Positions 12,761 to 26,138 of a DNA stretch of 64,000 bases are shown piece after piece. The notes below the pieces were generated by a model, which was given only the letters and a program-made list of their open reading frames with translations, was not told the origin of the DNA and did no database searches. The DNA is taken from positions 8,866,001-8,930,000 of the forward strand of contig NC_043018.1 in assembly GCF_006345805.1 (NCBI RefSeq), given 5' to 3'. The translations under genes were made by a program, and so were the position numbers. Numbering within the stretch: the first letter of the stretch is position 1; every line of letters begins with the position of its first letter. Origin of the DNA: Octopus sinensis. Taxonomy: Eukaryota.

Positions 12761-13619
12761 TATAGACTCAGATTTATAGACGGGGAGGCGGTAGAAACTT
12801 TTTCTTTTTTTAAATGGTTTCGTCGATTTATAATGCTCCCGAGACAGCATTATAAATCTGTAAGTATTTATTGATTGACTGCAAACCTCAGCATATGTAT
12901 AGCACTGGGCCCCTAGAGCTGTGGGAGCCCCGGGCAACTGTCCAGTGCCTAGTTAAAGGAGAAAAAAGGGAAGCGCCCATAACATGTTTTTGCGAGGTTT
13001 CCCGAGGTAGGTGAGACGAAGTTTTTCTTAAACCGGAAACCTTGTTCGACCGTTTCAATCACAACGGACTTCGCTAAAGGCATTCCAGCGCCTGGTGGTG
13101 GTGGTGTGAAACTGACCCTCTGCCCCAAAACAGGAATGAACCTTCTTTCTATGGCCTCCCATACAGTTTACATCAACTAAATTTTACTCACAAGCTTTCG
13201 TCACCCAGAGGCTGTGCAGCAGAATAGTCTTGCTTACAGTACCTTGCAATGAAATCGAACCTGAAACTATATGGTTGCGAAACGAACTTCTTAACCATAC
13301 AGTCTCTACTGCTTTCCTAAGTTTGTGATATTCGTGCACTTCTCGAGAACAACGATGCCAATAGCGACGGAAACACAAATCACAACTAACGGATTCAATA
13401 ACTGAAACAGCAACAAAATCGTGGATATGTTTCACCGAGAACCTTTTGTCTTGACATACCGTATTTCCCGACATCAAGGATATAATTTCCCCACTAAAGT
13501 AAGCCTCAGAAATTGACCGTATGTCTTCAAGGACGAGGGTTACATTTTTTATTAACCGATTTGAACCCATGAAAGACGGTTATCTTTACTAAATCGTGTC
13601 TCTACAGCGTAAAGATAAA

Positions 13620-13865
13620 AGACGAAAAAAAATATCGATTAAATTGGTCGACATGATCTTCATATTGCTAAGCCACTAACAAGACATCTTGGCAAAGAAT
13701 GTGGAAATACTGTTATTAGTCAAAATTAGGGTGAGTCTTCGAGGTCAGAGGTTTCCTCGACGCCGGGAAATAGGGTTCTTTTATGCTGCAAGGTAGAGCT
13801 GAGCCTCGCCATCGCCCGTGGTAATGCCGCGAACTTGTTGGCTTGCTTCAGTAGGTTCCGTTGGA
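13620..13865 (+). pseudogene. C-terminal remnant of a CRE-like (RLE endonuclease) non-LTR retrotransposon
   Basis: Translates to ..REIGF..ELSLAIARGNAANLLACF, resembling the QRLSxAxxRGNA terminal motif. Confidence 0.6.
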
Positions 13866-13929
13866 CCTTGTAGTGCTTGGTGTTAAATTGGTGTGGTTTT
13901 TTATCTTTTTCTTTTTACTTCCTTTTTCT

Positions 13930-13970
<41 letters not shown>

Positions 13971-13971
<1 letters not shown>

Positions 13972-14103
13972 TGGAAGAAATGAGGTACTCAGAAGTCTGG
14001 ATGGTTTTATATTTACAGATATTTGTTTGTACGTTACATGTTTTTATAAATCATATATCATATATTAGCGCTTTCGTCCATTCTAGTGGAGTTTTCAAAT
14101 TGA

Positions 14104-14164
<61 letters not shown>

Positions 14165-14300
14165 TATATATATATTGGAAGAAATGAGGTACTCAGAAGT
14201 CTGGATGGTTTTATATTTACAGATATTTGTTTGTACGTTACATGTTTTTATAAATCATATATCATATATTAGCGCTTTCGTCCATTCTAGTGGAGTTTTC

Positions 14301-14308
<8 letters not shown>
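13971..14308. repeat. Tandem duplication of a ~135-bp Penelope-like terminal segment separated by (TA)n
   Basis: TTGGAAGAAATGAGGTACTCAGAAG...GTTTTCAAATTGAA is identical at 13971 and 14175. Confidence 0.85.
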
Positions 14309-14370
<62 letters not shown>

Positions 14371-14398
14371 TTTTATTAAAGCTGCAAAATCATCACAA

Positions 14399-14440
14399 AA
14401 CTGTTACTCAGAGTTTCATGTCCCCGTTCGTCAGACAGTT
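14399..14440 (-). ncRNA. Minimal type I hammerhead ribozyme motif
   Basis: Minus strand reads AACTGT CTGACGA ACG-GGGA-CAT GAAA CTCTGAG TA ACAGTT: perfect 6-bp helix I, CUGANGA and GAAA cores, GUA triplet; helix II has one mismatch. Confidence 0.7.
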
Positions 14441-14929
14441 GTGATGAGTAACAGTTTTGTGATAAGTTTTCAGCTTTAATAAAAACATATTACTCTACCT
14501 TTGGTATTTGAGTACTATCTTTACCACCTTGTTTTGCACTTATGTGCTCACCCGTGTGTATGTGTGCGTGCGTAAAAAATTCCAAAATAGTTTCATTCCT
14601 CTACGATCCCGGATAGATTCCCGTTAGAGCAGGGTGTATAAAATAAATACAACTCGTGTTGTGAAGTCGGTCCCATTTTTTTTCTTTCGACATTTTGAGG
14701 ACGTTTGATCCAAATTAACTTTATTTCCCGAATCTAGGATCACATCCAATACATCCTACATCGTCTCGAAAAGATATGATTAAGAGAGATTTGGCTGCTA
14801 TTTTTAGCAGGTCAAGTGATCATATGAAACGACTGTTGTCGCTTAGCCTTGAGTTAGTCTGATCGAATAGACTTTACGATCAAAGACATTCCAGTCGTGA
14901 CTATCCACTCTTTATTTTTCACACATCCA

Positions 14930-15297
14930 ATTCTTTCACTGGTTTCAGTCATTTGACGGCGGCCATGCTGGAGCACTGCCTTTTAGTCGAAGAAATCGAC
15001 CTCAGGACTTATTCTTTGTAAGCCTGATATTTATTCTATTGGTCTCTTTTGCCGAACCGCTAAGTTACAGGGACGTAAACACACCAACATCGGTTGTCAA
15101 GTAATGGTGGGGGAACAAACATTCACAAAGACACACACACACATATATATATGACGGGCTTCTTTCAGTTTCCGTCCATCGAATCCACTCGTAAAACTTT
15201 GGTCGGCCAAAATAGAAGACACCTGCTCAAGATGTCACGCAGTGGGACTGAACTCGGAACCACGTTGCTAGGAAGCAAGCTTCTTACCATACAGCCT
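14930..15297 (-). mobile_element. SINE family A
   Basis: Reverse-complement match to the family A pattern. Confidence 0.85.
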
Positions 15298-16982
15298 ATG
15301 TCTATATATATTTTTTAAAGACCTGTTATTTTATAAAGGAGATGTAACTGCTATTTCTAGAAGGTCAAGCAGCCTGGTAGAGGCTTCTCGACTTGGTTAG
15401 TTTGTGTGAAACAATTGTTTATTGTGACGGCGGTGAATTCTAGGGGGATCAAATTTACGGCTAGCTTTCGATCCCTACTCCTATATAAACCCTTTTTTTG
15501 CTTCTTACCATTTTCTTTCCTCACTGTTGTTGTTTCGAAATGGAATGTACAACCATCGCGATTTCCCGCCCTTCTCGTCTAGAATTAAACAGAAATAGAA
15601 AATTTCGGGCTCCCATGCTCCCCCCCTTTATTTTTATCTATATATTTATATACATATGTGAAAACGTCATTTTCTCCTCTTGTAATGTCAGTCATGTGTT
15701 ACCATTGCGTTGTAGCAAGAATTTGATACGCAAGCCACGGAGTACGTCTAGCTTGTTTCCTTTATTCCATTCCTTAATCTTGTTCTTTCTCGACTGACTG
15801 ACTGACAGACAGCCGACGACCTCAGTGGATGATGAGACTGGAAAATAGGGGGAGGAGACGACAACGAGGTAGTCTTCAGAAGAACAAGAACAACTTATAG
15901 CTCGACTAGTGGTTGTCGTGGTGGTGGTGGTGGTAGTTGTCGAAACCCCATTCCCATCTATCTCAGTTTTTTTCCTGGGCTCTTGGACTCCCTACATTTC
16001 ATTCTCACCAAAGTCAGTGTTTTCTAAAACGTGTTATCTTTCTTACTCAACCATTTATTATTATTATTATTATTAGTAGTATTAAGTATTATTATTTTCC
16101 CCTCTTTTTTTATAGTGGGGGGTGGGTTAGATGTAGAATTGTGTATCTTTACCACCCAACACTCCCGCGTTCAGTAGTTTAGAAATAGTGGTGGTGGTGG
16201 TAAGGTGACACTGATTCTGTGTTGTCACAATGGTAGTGTGTGGATAGGAAAGAATCTGAAGTCATCCTTGGTAGGGATGTTCTTGGAATCGAGATTCCAC
16301 AGCGAAAATAACTGCGGTTATTTGTGTGTTTATGCATGTGTAATTGTGTATATGTGGCGTGTGGAGTTGAGAAACAAGTTGTTAGCACATTCACTGGTTA
16401 GATTCAAACACACACACACACAAACACCCTGGCACGTGTGTGTGTGTTTATGTGTGCGTTCAACGAAAGAATAAGAAAATTGTACCCCCGCGCACGTAGT
16501 GGAATTTATTAATTTATCACGTTCCTTCTGGAATGTGATAGTGACTGGAAGAACAAGGAGTAGCAAAGGGGACAAACACACACACACACACAGTTCTAAA
16601 TTTATGGGGTTACTCTATACCCTGGTGGACCAACGCTGTTCTGTATTACCCCTCCCTCGGATATTTTTCTTAAATTTGATTAAAACGACATCCATGACCA
16701 GTGATAGAAATGGATTTTAGGAACCAGGGGTACGCTAATGTTTATGAGGTTGACGATAGGAGGGGTGGGGAAGTTAGTCTATAACTCCCCTCCTTAACTG
16801 AGAAGAAGGGGAACACCGACCCCTTTCTGTATGCCCTGCCCATTTCCCATTTCCATCACTGTCTCTGTCACATACCATTAAAACATAAAATGATGTGAAT
16901 TTTCCTCTCCCTGTTTTGTGGGTACCTCCGTTGTTCATTCTGTTTCCTTCCTGGAATCTTTGGATTTGTATCAGAATATTTG

Positions 16983-17400
16983 GGATCTTTTCGGTTTGAA
17001 CAGCAGTTTTTAACATAATTTCTAGGTAACTAAACACTTTTAAACTTCATATACTGGTAGAATGTGTTTATAAAACATCTTTTTCTCTTGGCTTTATTCA
17101 GAAAATTCTATAGTTTGTAAGATATTTGTTGTTTTTTTTCTTCAATTTCGGTAATTTCAACCAATCAATGACGTCCATTGATGTAAAAAACATTCTATGC
17201 CGTATGAATACGTCCCTCGTTTAAGAAACAGATTGGGTTTATTTACATTTGTGCAGAAAAAAAACATACCCTTCCCCCCACCCCTAGCCCTAGCCCTAAA
17301 ACAGATTGAAATGCAATAGATCGATACTAGGGTCATAATTATGGGTGACAATTTCATATGACACTGCTAGAAAAAACTGCCGTTCAAACCGAAAAGATCC
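16983..17400. mobile_element. Merlin-like MITE
   Basis: Both TIRs and the conserved interior. Confidence 0.9.
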
Positions 17401-18214
17401 GTGTGTGTTTATGTGTGTGTACATGTATAAATACATGTATATGTAGGTATACATGTGTGTGTATTCTGTGTGTATTTCTTTGAAAACTACATTACATATT
17501 ACTGTTTGTTTACCACATGACCAAATCTTCAATTCATTGTTTCTGGCTACAAAATTATTTCAAATTATAAAATGTCTCTATTAAATCTATAAAGCTGGAG
17601 TGGACTTTTATGGAGATAACTCTTTATGCCAAAAAATTAATGTTCAAAGCAACCATAAAACTATTCTTTAAACAATAAACACATCTAAACCTAGAATTAA
17701 TTAATCATTTAAACCTCATTCCCTTTGTTTCTACAAACAAGTTTCTTTCCCAGCCACAGAATTAATAACTTGCAACAGCTATTGTTGTTTAGCCCTGGGC
17801 TATCTCTCATCCAACAGACCTATTAATCAAAGGTGTTCCATGACTACATTTTCCAGTGTAACCTTCCTTCGTCTAAGACAGTAAAGTATTGTTTGAGAGA
17901 GATTTAGTTGCTATTTCTTGCATGTTGAATAATCACATGGAAACCCCCTTATTCATTTGGTAAACTATATCAGGAGGTTCAAACTCATTGGCTTTGCAGG
18001 TCAGATTGAAGCATAAACTAGGTCTCGTGGGGCTGGGTAGGACAATTAATCCCTTAAAAACCTGCATAATGTAGGCCAGACTAAATGGATAAAAGGATCG
18101 ATATACATTATTACAATTTTATTAACAATTAAGAAGGGAAGAATATAAGATGATAGCAAAATTTATGCGCAGAGATTGTGAGAAAAACTCATCTACATGT
18201 TATCTCTCTCTCTC

Positions 18215-18601
18215 TCTCTTTTTACTTGTTTCAGTCATTTGATTGCGGCCATGCTGGAGCACTGCCTTTAATCGAGCAACTCGACCCTGGGACTTATTCT
18301 TTGTTAGCCCAGTAGTTATTCAACGGTCTCTTTTGCCGAACCGCTAAGTGACGGGGACATAAACACACCAGCATCGGTTGTCAAGCAATGCTGGGGGACA
18401 AACACAGACACACAAACATACACGCATATACATATATACGATGGGCTTCTTTCAGTTTCCGTCTACCAAATCCACTCACAAGGCATTGGTTGGCCTGAGG
18501 CTATTGTAGAAGACACTTGCCCAAGGTGCCACACAGTGGGAATGAACCCGGAACCATATGGTTGGTAAGCAAACTACTTACCACACAGCCACTCCTGCAC
18601 C
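18215..18601 (-). mobile_element. SINE family A, full length
   Basis: Reverse-complement match to 3027-3422. Confidence 0.9.
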
Positions 18602-19276
18602 TGTATGTATGCAGTCCTATTGAGAACTGAGATAGGAATTGTCCAAAATGAATGCATATTGTTGTTGAGAAAACCAGTGATTGAAAGAACACTAGAATCA
18701 ATTCAGATGAAGACATGAATGCATAAATTTGGTTAAAAAGTACCTCAAAACGAAAACAAAGATACTTCTATTGGCTTGGCATGTATCGACAAAGTGAAGG
18801 GAAAATTGATCTCAGTATGTGGATTCATAAACTTCTTTTTTCATTGGTTGACATAAAAGGATTTCATAAGGTGCTCTGATTTGACCTATCAGAACTAGAT
18901 TTAATTACCAATTGAGCTGGGCCCCAAATGTTGAACATATGCTAATGATATATATTTTAAACATTGCCACTGGGGGTAGATCTGGCCCTTTGGGTAATAT
19001 GCTTGACACCTCTGAAGAGGACCAATAAGGGAGTTTTTGCATGGTCACTTGATCTATTAGAAATAGCAGCTAAATTTCCTATTCACACTCCACCCTCTTA
19101 AAAGGACACTTTGAGCACTGTTTTGGATATAAAATGGGATGGGATGGTCACAGCTAGAATGCCTTTTGTTATCCAGTCTGTTGTTAGGTCAGAAGTGATC
19201 TGAGACTCACAACAGCAATAGACAGCATTAGAATTATGTTATGTTCTTTTGGTTGCCTAGAAATACTCAGTTTTTG

Positions 19277-19313
<37 letters not shown>

Positions 19314-19645
19314 ACCCTGCATCCATCCAGCTGCCCTTTCTTTTCTTTCCATTTTCATAAGAGGAAGTCTACGGTGTATGAAGGAATGTTGTTCTGTCAA
19401 CACAAATCAAACTGCTTTTGCCATTGGTCCTTATCCATGGCAAGGTTATCAGCCTCACTAAATCTTCACATTGTACGTAAGAAGAATGCCATACACACAC
19501 ACACACACGCACATGCTTACACAATAAAATATTTTAATTCTCAATAAACATTTTATACACACCATTATTCATATAAACATGGTGTATAAATAAGTCTAGA
19601 ACCAAATTCCTAAGCATAAGAAATATACACTGATAACATTCTTGC

Positions 19646-20136
19646 GTGTGTGTGTGTGTGTGTGTGCATGAGATAGAGAGACTCTGTGTGTGTAGCATTT
19701 AAAAAATTTTGAAATTTGATAATGCAGAGAAGATAGGATTGCAACAATGAAGTTGTCTGTTGTTGCCAAGCAACAGCAGACAACAGGAAGAAGGAGTCTG
19801 AAGAGAGATTAGGAGGAGGCTTAGCCTTGATAAGTCATATTGTATGGAAACAGAGCAGAGAAACAAAAGTAATTTTGACTCTGAAAGTGGGAAGGTGATT
19901 CACTTGGAGACTGTTTTTCATAACTTTCAGTTTTATGTTTCTTCTCACTCAATGAGAAGGAGTGGCTGTGTGGTAAGTAGCTTGTTTACCAACTGCATGG
20001 TTCCAGGTTCAGTCCCACTGTGTGGCACCTTGGGCAAGTGTCTTCTACTATAGCCTTGGGCCAACCAAAGCCTTGTGAGTGGATTTGGTAGACGGAAACG
20101 GAAAGAAGCCCGTCGTATATATGTATATATATATAT

Positions 20137-20170
<34 letters not shown>

Positions 20171-20635
20171 CATGAGATAGAGAGACTCTGTGTGTGTAGC
20201 ATTTAAAAAATTTTGAAATTTGATAATGCAGAGAAGATAGGATTGCAACAATGAAGTTGTCTGTTGTTGCCAAGCAACAGCAGACAACAGGAAGAAGGAG
20301 TCTGAAGAGAGATTAGGAGGAGGCTTAGCCTTGATAAGTCATATTGTATGGAAACAGAGCAGAGAAACAAAAGTAATTCTGACTCTGAAAGTGGGAAGGT
20401 GATTCACTTGGAGACTGTTTTTCATAATTTTCAGTTTTATGTTTCTTCTCACTCAATGAGAAGAAGGAGTGGCTGTGTGGTAAGTAGCTTGTTTACCAAC
20501 TGCATGGTTCCAGGTTCAGTCCCACTGTGTGGCACCTTGGGCAAGTGTCTTCTACTATAGCCTCGGGCCGACCAAAGCCTTGTGAGTGGATTTGTAGACG
20601 GAAACGGAAAGAAGCCCGTCGTATATATGTATATA

Positions 20636-20690
<55 letters not shown>
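19646..20690. repeat. 504-bp tandem duplication with (TG)n junctions
   Basis: CATGAGATAGAGAGACTC at 19667 and 20171; near-identical ORF-track peptides at 19844 and 20348. Confidence 0.92.
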
Positions 20691-20905
20691 CGTGTGTTTG
20701 TGTGTCTGTGTTTGTCCCCCAGCATTGCTTGAGAACCGATGCTGGTGTGTTTATGTCCCCGTTACTTAGCGGTTCGGCAAAAGAGACCGATAGAATAAGT
20801 ACTGGGCTTACAAAAGAATAAGTCCTCGGGTCGAGTTGCTTGATTAAAGGCGGTGCTCCAGCATGGCCGCAGTCAAATGACTGAAACAAGTAAAAGAGTA
20901 AAGAG
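20467..20905 (+). mobile_element. SINE family A, full length (5' half also copied at 19958-20150)
   Basis: Family A head, core and tail. Confidence 0.9.
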
Positions 20906-21008
20906 TAATGTAACAGTTTGTACTTTTGTACTTGTCTATCTTTACTGTTTTTAAAGTACTTCCGGTCTACACTCTTACCTGCTTGTATTTACATGATATT
21001 ATATAAAC

Positions 21009-21869
21009 CAGGGTTCATATGGCCCTTGAGGGTCCACATAAGATTTATGGAGGTCCTTTCAACAAAATAGCATATTGGGAATCCACAACAGTACTTCATG
21101 GTCCCTGACGAAAATTTTGCTTTAGATGCCTCACAGAGGCAATGACGAAAGGCCAAGACCTCTGAGATATGCTGTGACAGCGAAGACCCGACAAATGAAG
21201 GGAGTTCATGGTTCACAGGATGGCCAGCTGTGCTTACCTTTGATCGTAGAGTGACCTGCTGTGCTTGAGGAGACCTATAGAGTCAAGTACATCAACATCA
21301 AAATAAAAATCAAATGGAAATTGTAGTTATGATACCCATGCCGGTAGCACGTAAAAAGCACTATCCGAATGTGGCCGATGTCAGCACCGCCTGACTGGCG
21401 TCCGTGTTGGTGTCATGTAAAAAGCTCCAAAAGATCATGGCCGTTTGCCAGCCTCCACTGGCCCCTATGCCGGTGGCACGTAAAAAGCACCCACTACACT
21501 CATGGAGTGGTTGGCATTAGGAAGGGCATCCAGCTGTAGAAACACTGCCAGATCAGACTGGAGCCTGGTGCAGCCTTCTGGCTTCCCAGACCCCAGTCGA
21601 ACTGTCCAGTCCATGCTAGCACGGAAAACGGACGTTAAACGATGATGATGATGATGATGTATGTACTGCAAGAAACAACCATGTTCCTTCCTCTAACATT
21701 TTCCATAGTTCACCCTACACAAGTTGATATCTGAAAATTGAAATAGAAATTTTGAAAGAAGTTTCTGTAAAACTAGTTTTTCAACATTGAATGGTTACGG
21801 GGCAGGGGTCCACCAGAATCAAATAGTAATCAAAGGTGTCTACAGGTAAAAAATGGTTGAGAATCCCTG
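21009..21869. mobile_element. hAT-type non-autonomous element with nested family C SINE
   Basis: CAGGG...GTTGAGAATCCCTG ends; 8-bp TSD ATATAAAC at 21001-21008 and 21870-21877. Confidence 0.75.
21230..21660 (+). mobile_element. SINE family C (RTE-type tail ending (GAT)n)
   Basis: TAAAAAGCAC subrepeats, AGGAAGGGCATCCAGCTGTAGAAAC, CCATGCTAGCACGGAAAACGGACGTTAAAC(GAT)n. Confidence 0.8.
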
Positions 21870-22174
21870 ATATAAACCAATTTACTCCTGCTGTTGTTGT
21901 TGTTGCTGCTGCTGCTGCTGTTGTTGTTGTTAAGCAGCAAGATGGGTAAGGGTGATTAGGTGATGATCTAGGGCTTAAGGGCGGGAGACCCCAGACCTTG
22001 GGGAAAAAAAAAAAGGTCGTCTTGTTGTAGTCGAGGGCTCTTCGTTGACGCCCGACACCACTGGGAGGTGGCCCTCGAAGTCGCTGGAAATGGAGATCTC
22101 CAGGTCCAAATCCTTGGATGGCTGCTGCTGCTGTTTAATCTTGGCCAGCTTTGATTGTATGAATGTATCTTTTA

Positions 22175-22385
22175 TTGTTTACTTGTTTCAGTCATTTGAC
22201 TGCAGCCATGCTGGAGCACTGTCTTGAAAGGTTCCCAACAAACAGATTGTGATCTTATCCTTTTAAAATTCTGATAATTATTCTATTGGCCTTTTGCCAA
22301 ACCGCTAAGTTATGGAAACATAAACAAACCTACACTGGTTGTCAACTATGCAAACACAGGCAGAAAGACATGCACACATAAATAC

Positions 22386-22460
<75 letters not shown>

Positions 22461-22499
22461 ATATATATATATATACATATATATATACATATATATATA

Positions 22500-22543
<44 letters not shown>

Positions 22544-22705
22544 CTGGCTTCTGCATAGTTTCCTTCTACCAATTTCACTCACATGGCATTGGTTGGCCCA
22601 GAGCTATTATAAAAGACATTTATCCAATGTGCCGTGTAGTGGGATTGGGCCGAAATCATGTGTTTGGGAAGCAAACCTCTTAACCATATGGCCATGGCTG
22701 CACCT
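22175..22705 (-). mobile_element. Old SINE family A copy with expanded (TA)n
   Basis: Degenerate family A motifs on both sides of a TA tract. Confidence 0.75.
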
Positions 22706-23150
22706 GGTTTAATTAATATCAGATCATTCCATATTTTTACATAATCTTGCACATTCATCATTAACATCATCATCACTGTTTACTTTTTTACTTTTTCCAT
22801 GCCAACATGCGTTGGACAAGACTTTTTAAGACAGTATTCCATACCCATAGACTCTTCTGATGGCAACCCTTGTTTTCAAGTAAGGATGGTAAGGTTCCAG
22901 TAGTCTTCACCTGTTGAACTGTTGTAATCAACAGGTGTTCAATTTTTTGGATGTTGACGAATAGGGAGAAGATTAAAATCAAGAAAGGCCAATCTCTCTT
23001 ATTGATTTCTGGTGTTTGCGCACTCATCTCAAATGGAAGAGTACAGTTAATTGAATCAACTCTAGACTATAACTGGTACCTATTTCATTGTTCCTAGAAA
23101 GAGATGAAAGGCCAAAACAATTTTAAAGGGATTTTACTTTGACAAAGTAA

Positions 23151-23515
23151 AGGTGTAGGAGTGGCTGTGTGGTAAGTAGCTTGCTTATGAACCGCATGGT
23201 TCCGGGTTCAGTCCCACTGTGTGGCACCTTGGACAAGTGTCTTCTACTATAGCCTCGGGCCGACCAAAGCCTTGTGAGTAGATTTGGTAGACGGAAACTG
23301 AAAGAAGCCCGTTGTATATATGTATATATATATATGTATGTGTGTGTGTATGTTTGTGTGTCTGTGTTTGTCCCCCTAGCATTGCTGGTGTGTTTACGTC
23401 CCCGTAACATAGCTGTTTGGCAAAAGAGACCTTTAGAATGGGGTTGATTTGCTTGACAAAAGGCAGTGCCCCAGCATGGCTGCAGTCAAATGATAAACAA
23501 GTAAAAGAGTAAAGA
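23151..23515 (+). mobile_element. SINE family A
   Basis: Family A head through tail. Confidence 0.88.
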
Positions 23516-23825
23516 GGGAGTACTTAATGAAGAAATCCTACAGATTATTTAGTATGGCACTCTGCTATTTTGGCCATCCCAATTGTGCCCCACCCATCTG
23601 GTATATTTCGTTGAATCTAGGAAACAAATTGCCATGAAATCATTCTCTAATGCTCCAACCTCTGGCCCCACAGACAAGCAGTGTCCCCTTTCTCTGACTT
23701 TTCTACGGATGCTGCTACAGCTTCTGCTCCCTTGAACTAACTGGTCTCCATCCACCTCCACTCAAACATAACTAACTTACTCACATCACTTCATCTTATC
23801 ACCCATATTATGTCCCTCCATATTA

Positions 23826-24055
23826 AGGTGGCGAGCTGGCAGAAACGTTAGCATGCTGGGCGAAATGCGTAGCCGTATTTCGTCTGTCGATCCGTTCCGA
23901 GTTCAAATTCCGCCGAGGTCGACTTTGCCTTTCATCCTTTCGAGGTCGATTAATTAAGTACCAGTTACGCACTGGGGTCAATGTAATCGACTTAATCCGT
24001 TTGTCTGTCCTTGTTTGTCCCCTCTGTGTTTAGCTCCTTGTGGGTAGTAAAGAAA
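23826..24055 (+). mobile_element. SINE family B
   Basis: Family B head and central domain. Confidence 0.88.
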
Positions 24056-24301
24056 TACATATTATGTCCCTCTCCATGAACCCTATTATGTCCAGTCCTT
24101 TTTTTCCAGGGTGTTGGCCCTCTGAAACTCCTTCTCTGCACGTGTTTTCCCTCCAGCCATTGTCTTAGAGAAATGTTAACCATGTTTATCTTATTAATCT
24201 CAGGTATTTATATACATATATATACTACATTTATATATTACCTTTAATAAATTAGCTTTCATAAAGTTCACCTTTAAAATGCCACGAAGAGTCAGAGTAC
24301 T

Positions 24302-24385
24302 TTCTCGCCAACCTCTGAAAACCTCTCTCACCAACCTCTGAAAACCTCTCTCGCCAACCTCCGAAAACCTCTCTCGCCAACCTCC
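24302..24385. repeat. 21-bp minisatellite, about 4 copies
   Basis: CTCTCGCCAACCTCTGAAAAC repeated. Confidence 0.85.
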
Positions 24386-24949
24386 AACAATCTCTCCCTC
24401 CTCCAGCTGACAGTTTTTTGTACTTTTTCGTGTGTCTCCTGTCCTAGCTTGATTTACGTGTTCGCCACCACAACCTCATTTAGGTTTAGCAGCCCTTCCT
24501 GTTTGTTTTCATTGTCCTGTTTGTGTAACCTATTTTGATCCTCCGCAAAATCCCAAATTTGATTTAATTTGCTTTGTGGGAGCAACTGCTTTATCAAAAG
24601 TGTATATTGTTGTTAAACGCTCGAAATATGAGACTAGAAATATGAGACTGATGAAGGGTCCTGCAAATGAAAAAAGCTTGCAGAGCAATTCTCCTTTTGG
24701 TACCTGTGTAAATATGAAATGTGAAGATCCTCTTTGCCCTTCTACCTGTCATACAGCAGGATGTCCTGTATGTCATTACCAAAGAGAGAGAGAGGTGGGG
24801 TGGGGGCTGCACCAACACTCGGCCAATACTCTTTCCAGCTGAGTAAACTGGAGTGAAAAGAAGTGCCTTACTCAAAGATGTGACATGTTGTCAGGTTCAG
24901 GATTTGAACCTGTAACCTTATTATCATGAACTTTAACTGGCTCATCATC

Positions 24950-25190
24950 AGTTATGAGGACAAGTGTTCCAGTTGAACTGATCCACGGATCAACTTGCTC
25001 ATGAAATTAACATGCAAGCAGCTGAGCGCTCCAGAAACACAGAATATGACAGATACAAGGCATTTTTGCCATCTGAGAGGACTGGAGCAACGTGAAATAA
25101 AGTGTCTTGCTCAAGGACACAATGCAGCACTGGGTATTGAACTCATGGCCATGAGGTCATGAGCTGAACATCCTAACTCCTAGGCAACAC
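24950..25190 (-). mobile_element. SINE family D (V-domain-like tRNA SINE)
   Basis: Reverse complement of TGTGTCCTTGAGCAAGACACTT; related copies near 32133-32410, 46657-46870, 53045-53260 and 55190-55450. Confidence 0.7.
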
Positions 25191-25737
25191 ACTTTTACCA
25201 TTCCAAAGAAACCGTTGACTTATTGTATTTTGCATCCTGTAACTTTCCAGTAATGTCCATTTGCCAACTTTCTGGCTGTCTCCTTGATTAATAAAAGACA
25301 TTTAAAGGTCCAGTACTGAACCCTAGTTTTGTGGCATTTAGCAAGCCAGAGATGCCCCCCCCCCCCTGCCCCGGGAAAGGACCACAAACCATTTCAAGTG
25401 AACATTCTCAGAGGATATGCTTATTCACCATGAATGGGTGAGCTGAAGCCAGTGAAATTAAATGTACTGACCGAAATATATAACAAAACACATGCAATAG
25501 ATTTGAACTCATGACCTATAGGTTCATAATCTAACAGTCTAACACTGTGTCTACTCAGCTGTTTTGCTCTGACAAAGCAAGAAATTCAATCATAAGTTTG
25601 TTTATGTCTCTGATTCTTTGCATTCCTGTTTGGTATTTCAATGTCTTGGTGGTTATAATAAATTAAAGTCAGAAATAAAAAGGAAACATTTTTATGTTTA
25701 TATAATATATATATATATATAAAATGGCAATAAATAC

Positions 25738-25820
<83 letters not shown>

Positions 25821-26102
25821 TGTGTATATATGTGTGTGTATATATATATGTGTGTGTGTGTATATATATGTGTGTGTGTGTGTATATATATATCTATAAT
25901 TATACACACACACTCACAAATGTATATGAATACATTATATATATATGTATATAAACAGGGATACATACATACACATATATATATTTAGAGAGAGAGAGAG
26001 ATGTACATATATACACACATATAGATAGATAATTAGGTAGATAGAATGAATGTGTGTGTGTGTGTAGAGTGAGAGAGACGGACAGACAGAGAGAATGAGA
26101 GG

Positions 26103-26138
<36 letters not shown>

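Noticed and set aside
24648-24675. CTGATGA...GAAA hammerhead-like spacing
   Set aside because: No convincing helix II, helix I or NUH site could be formed.
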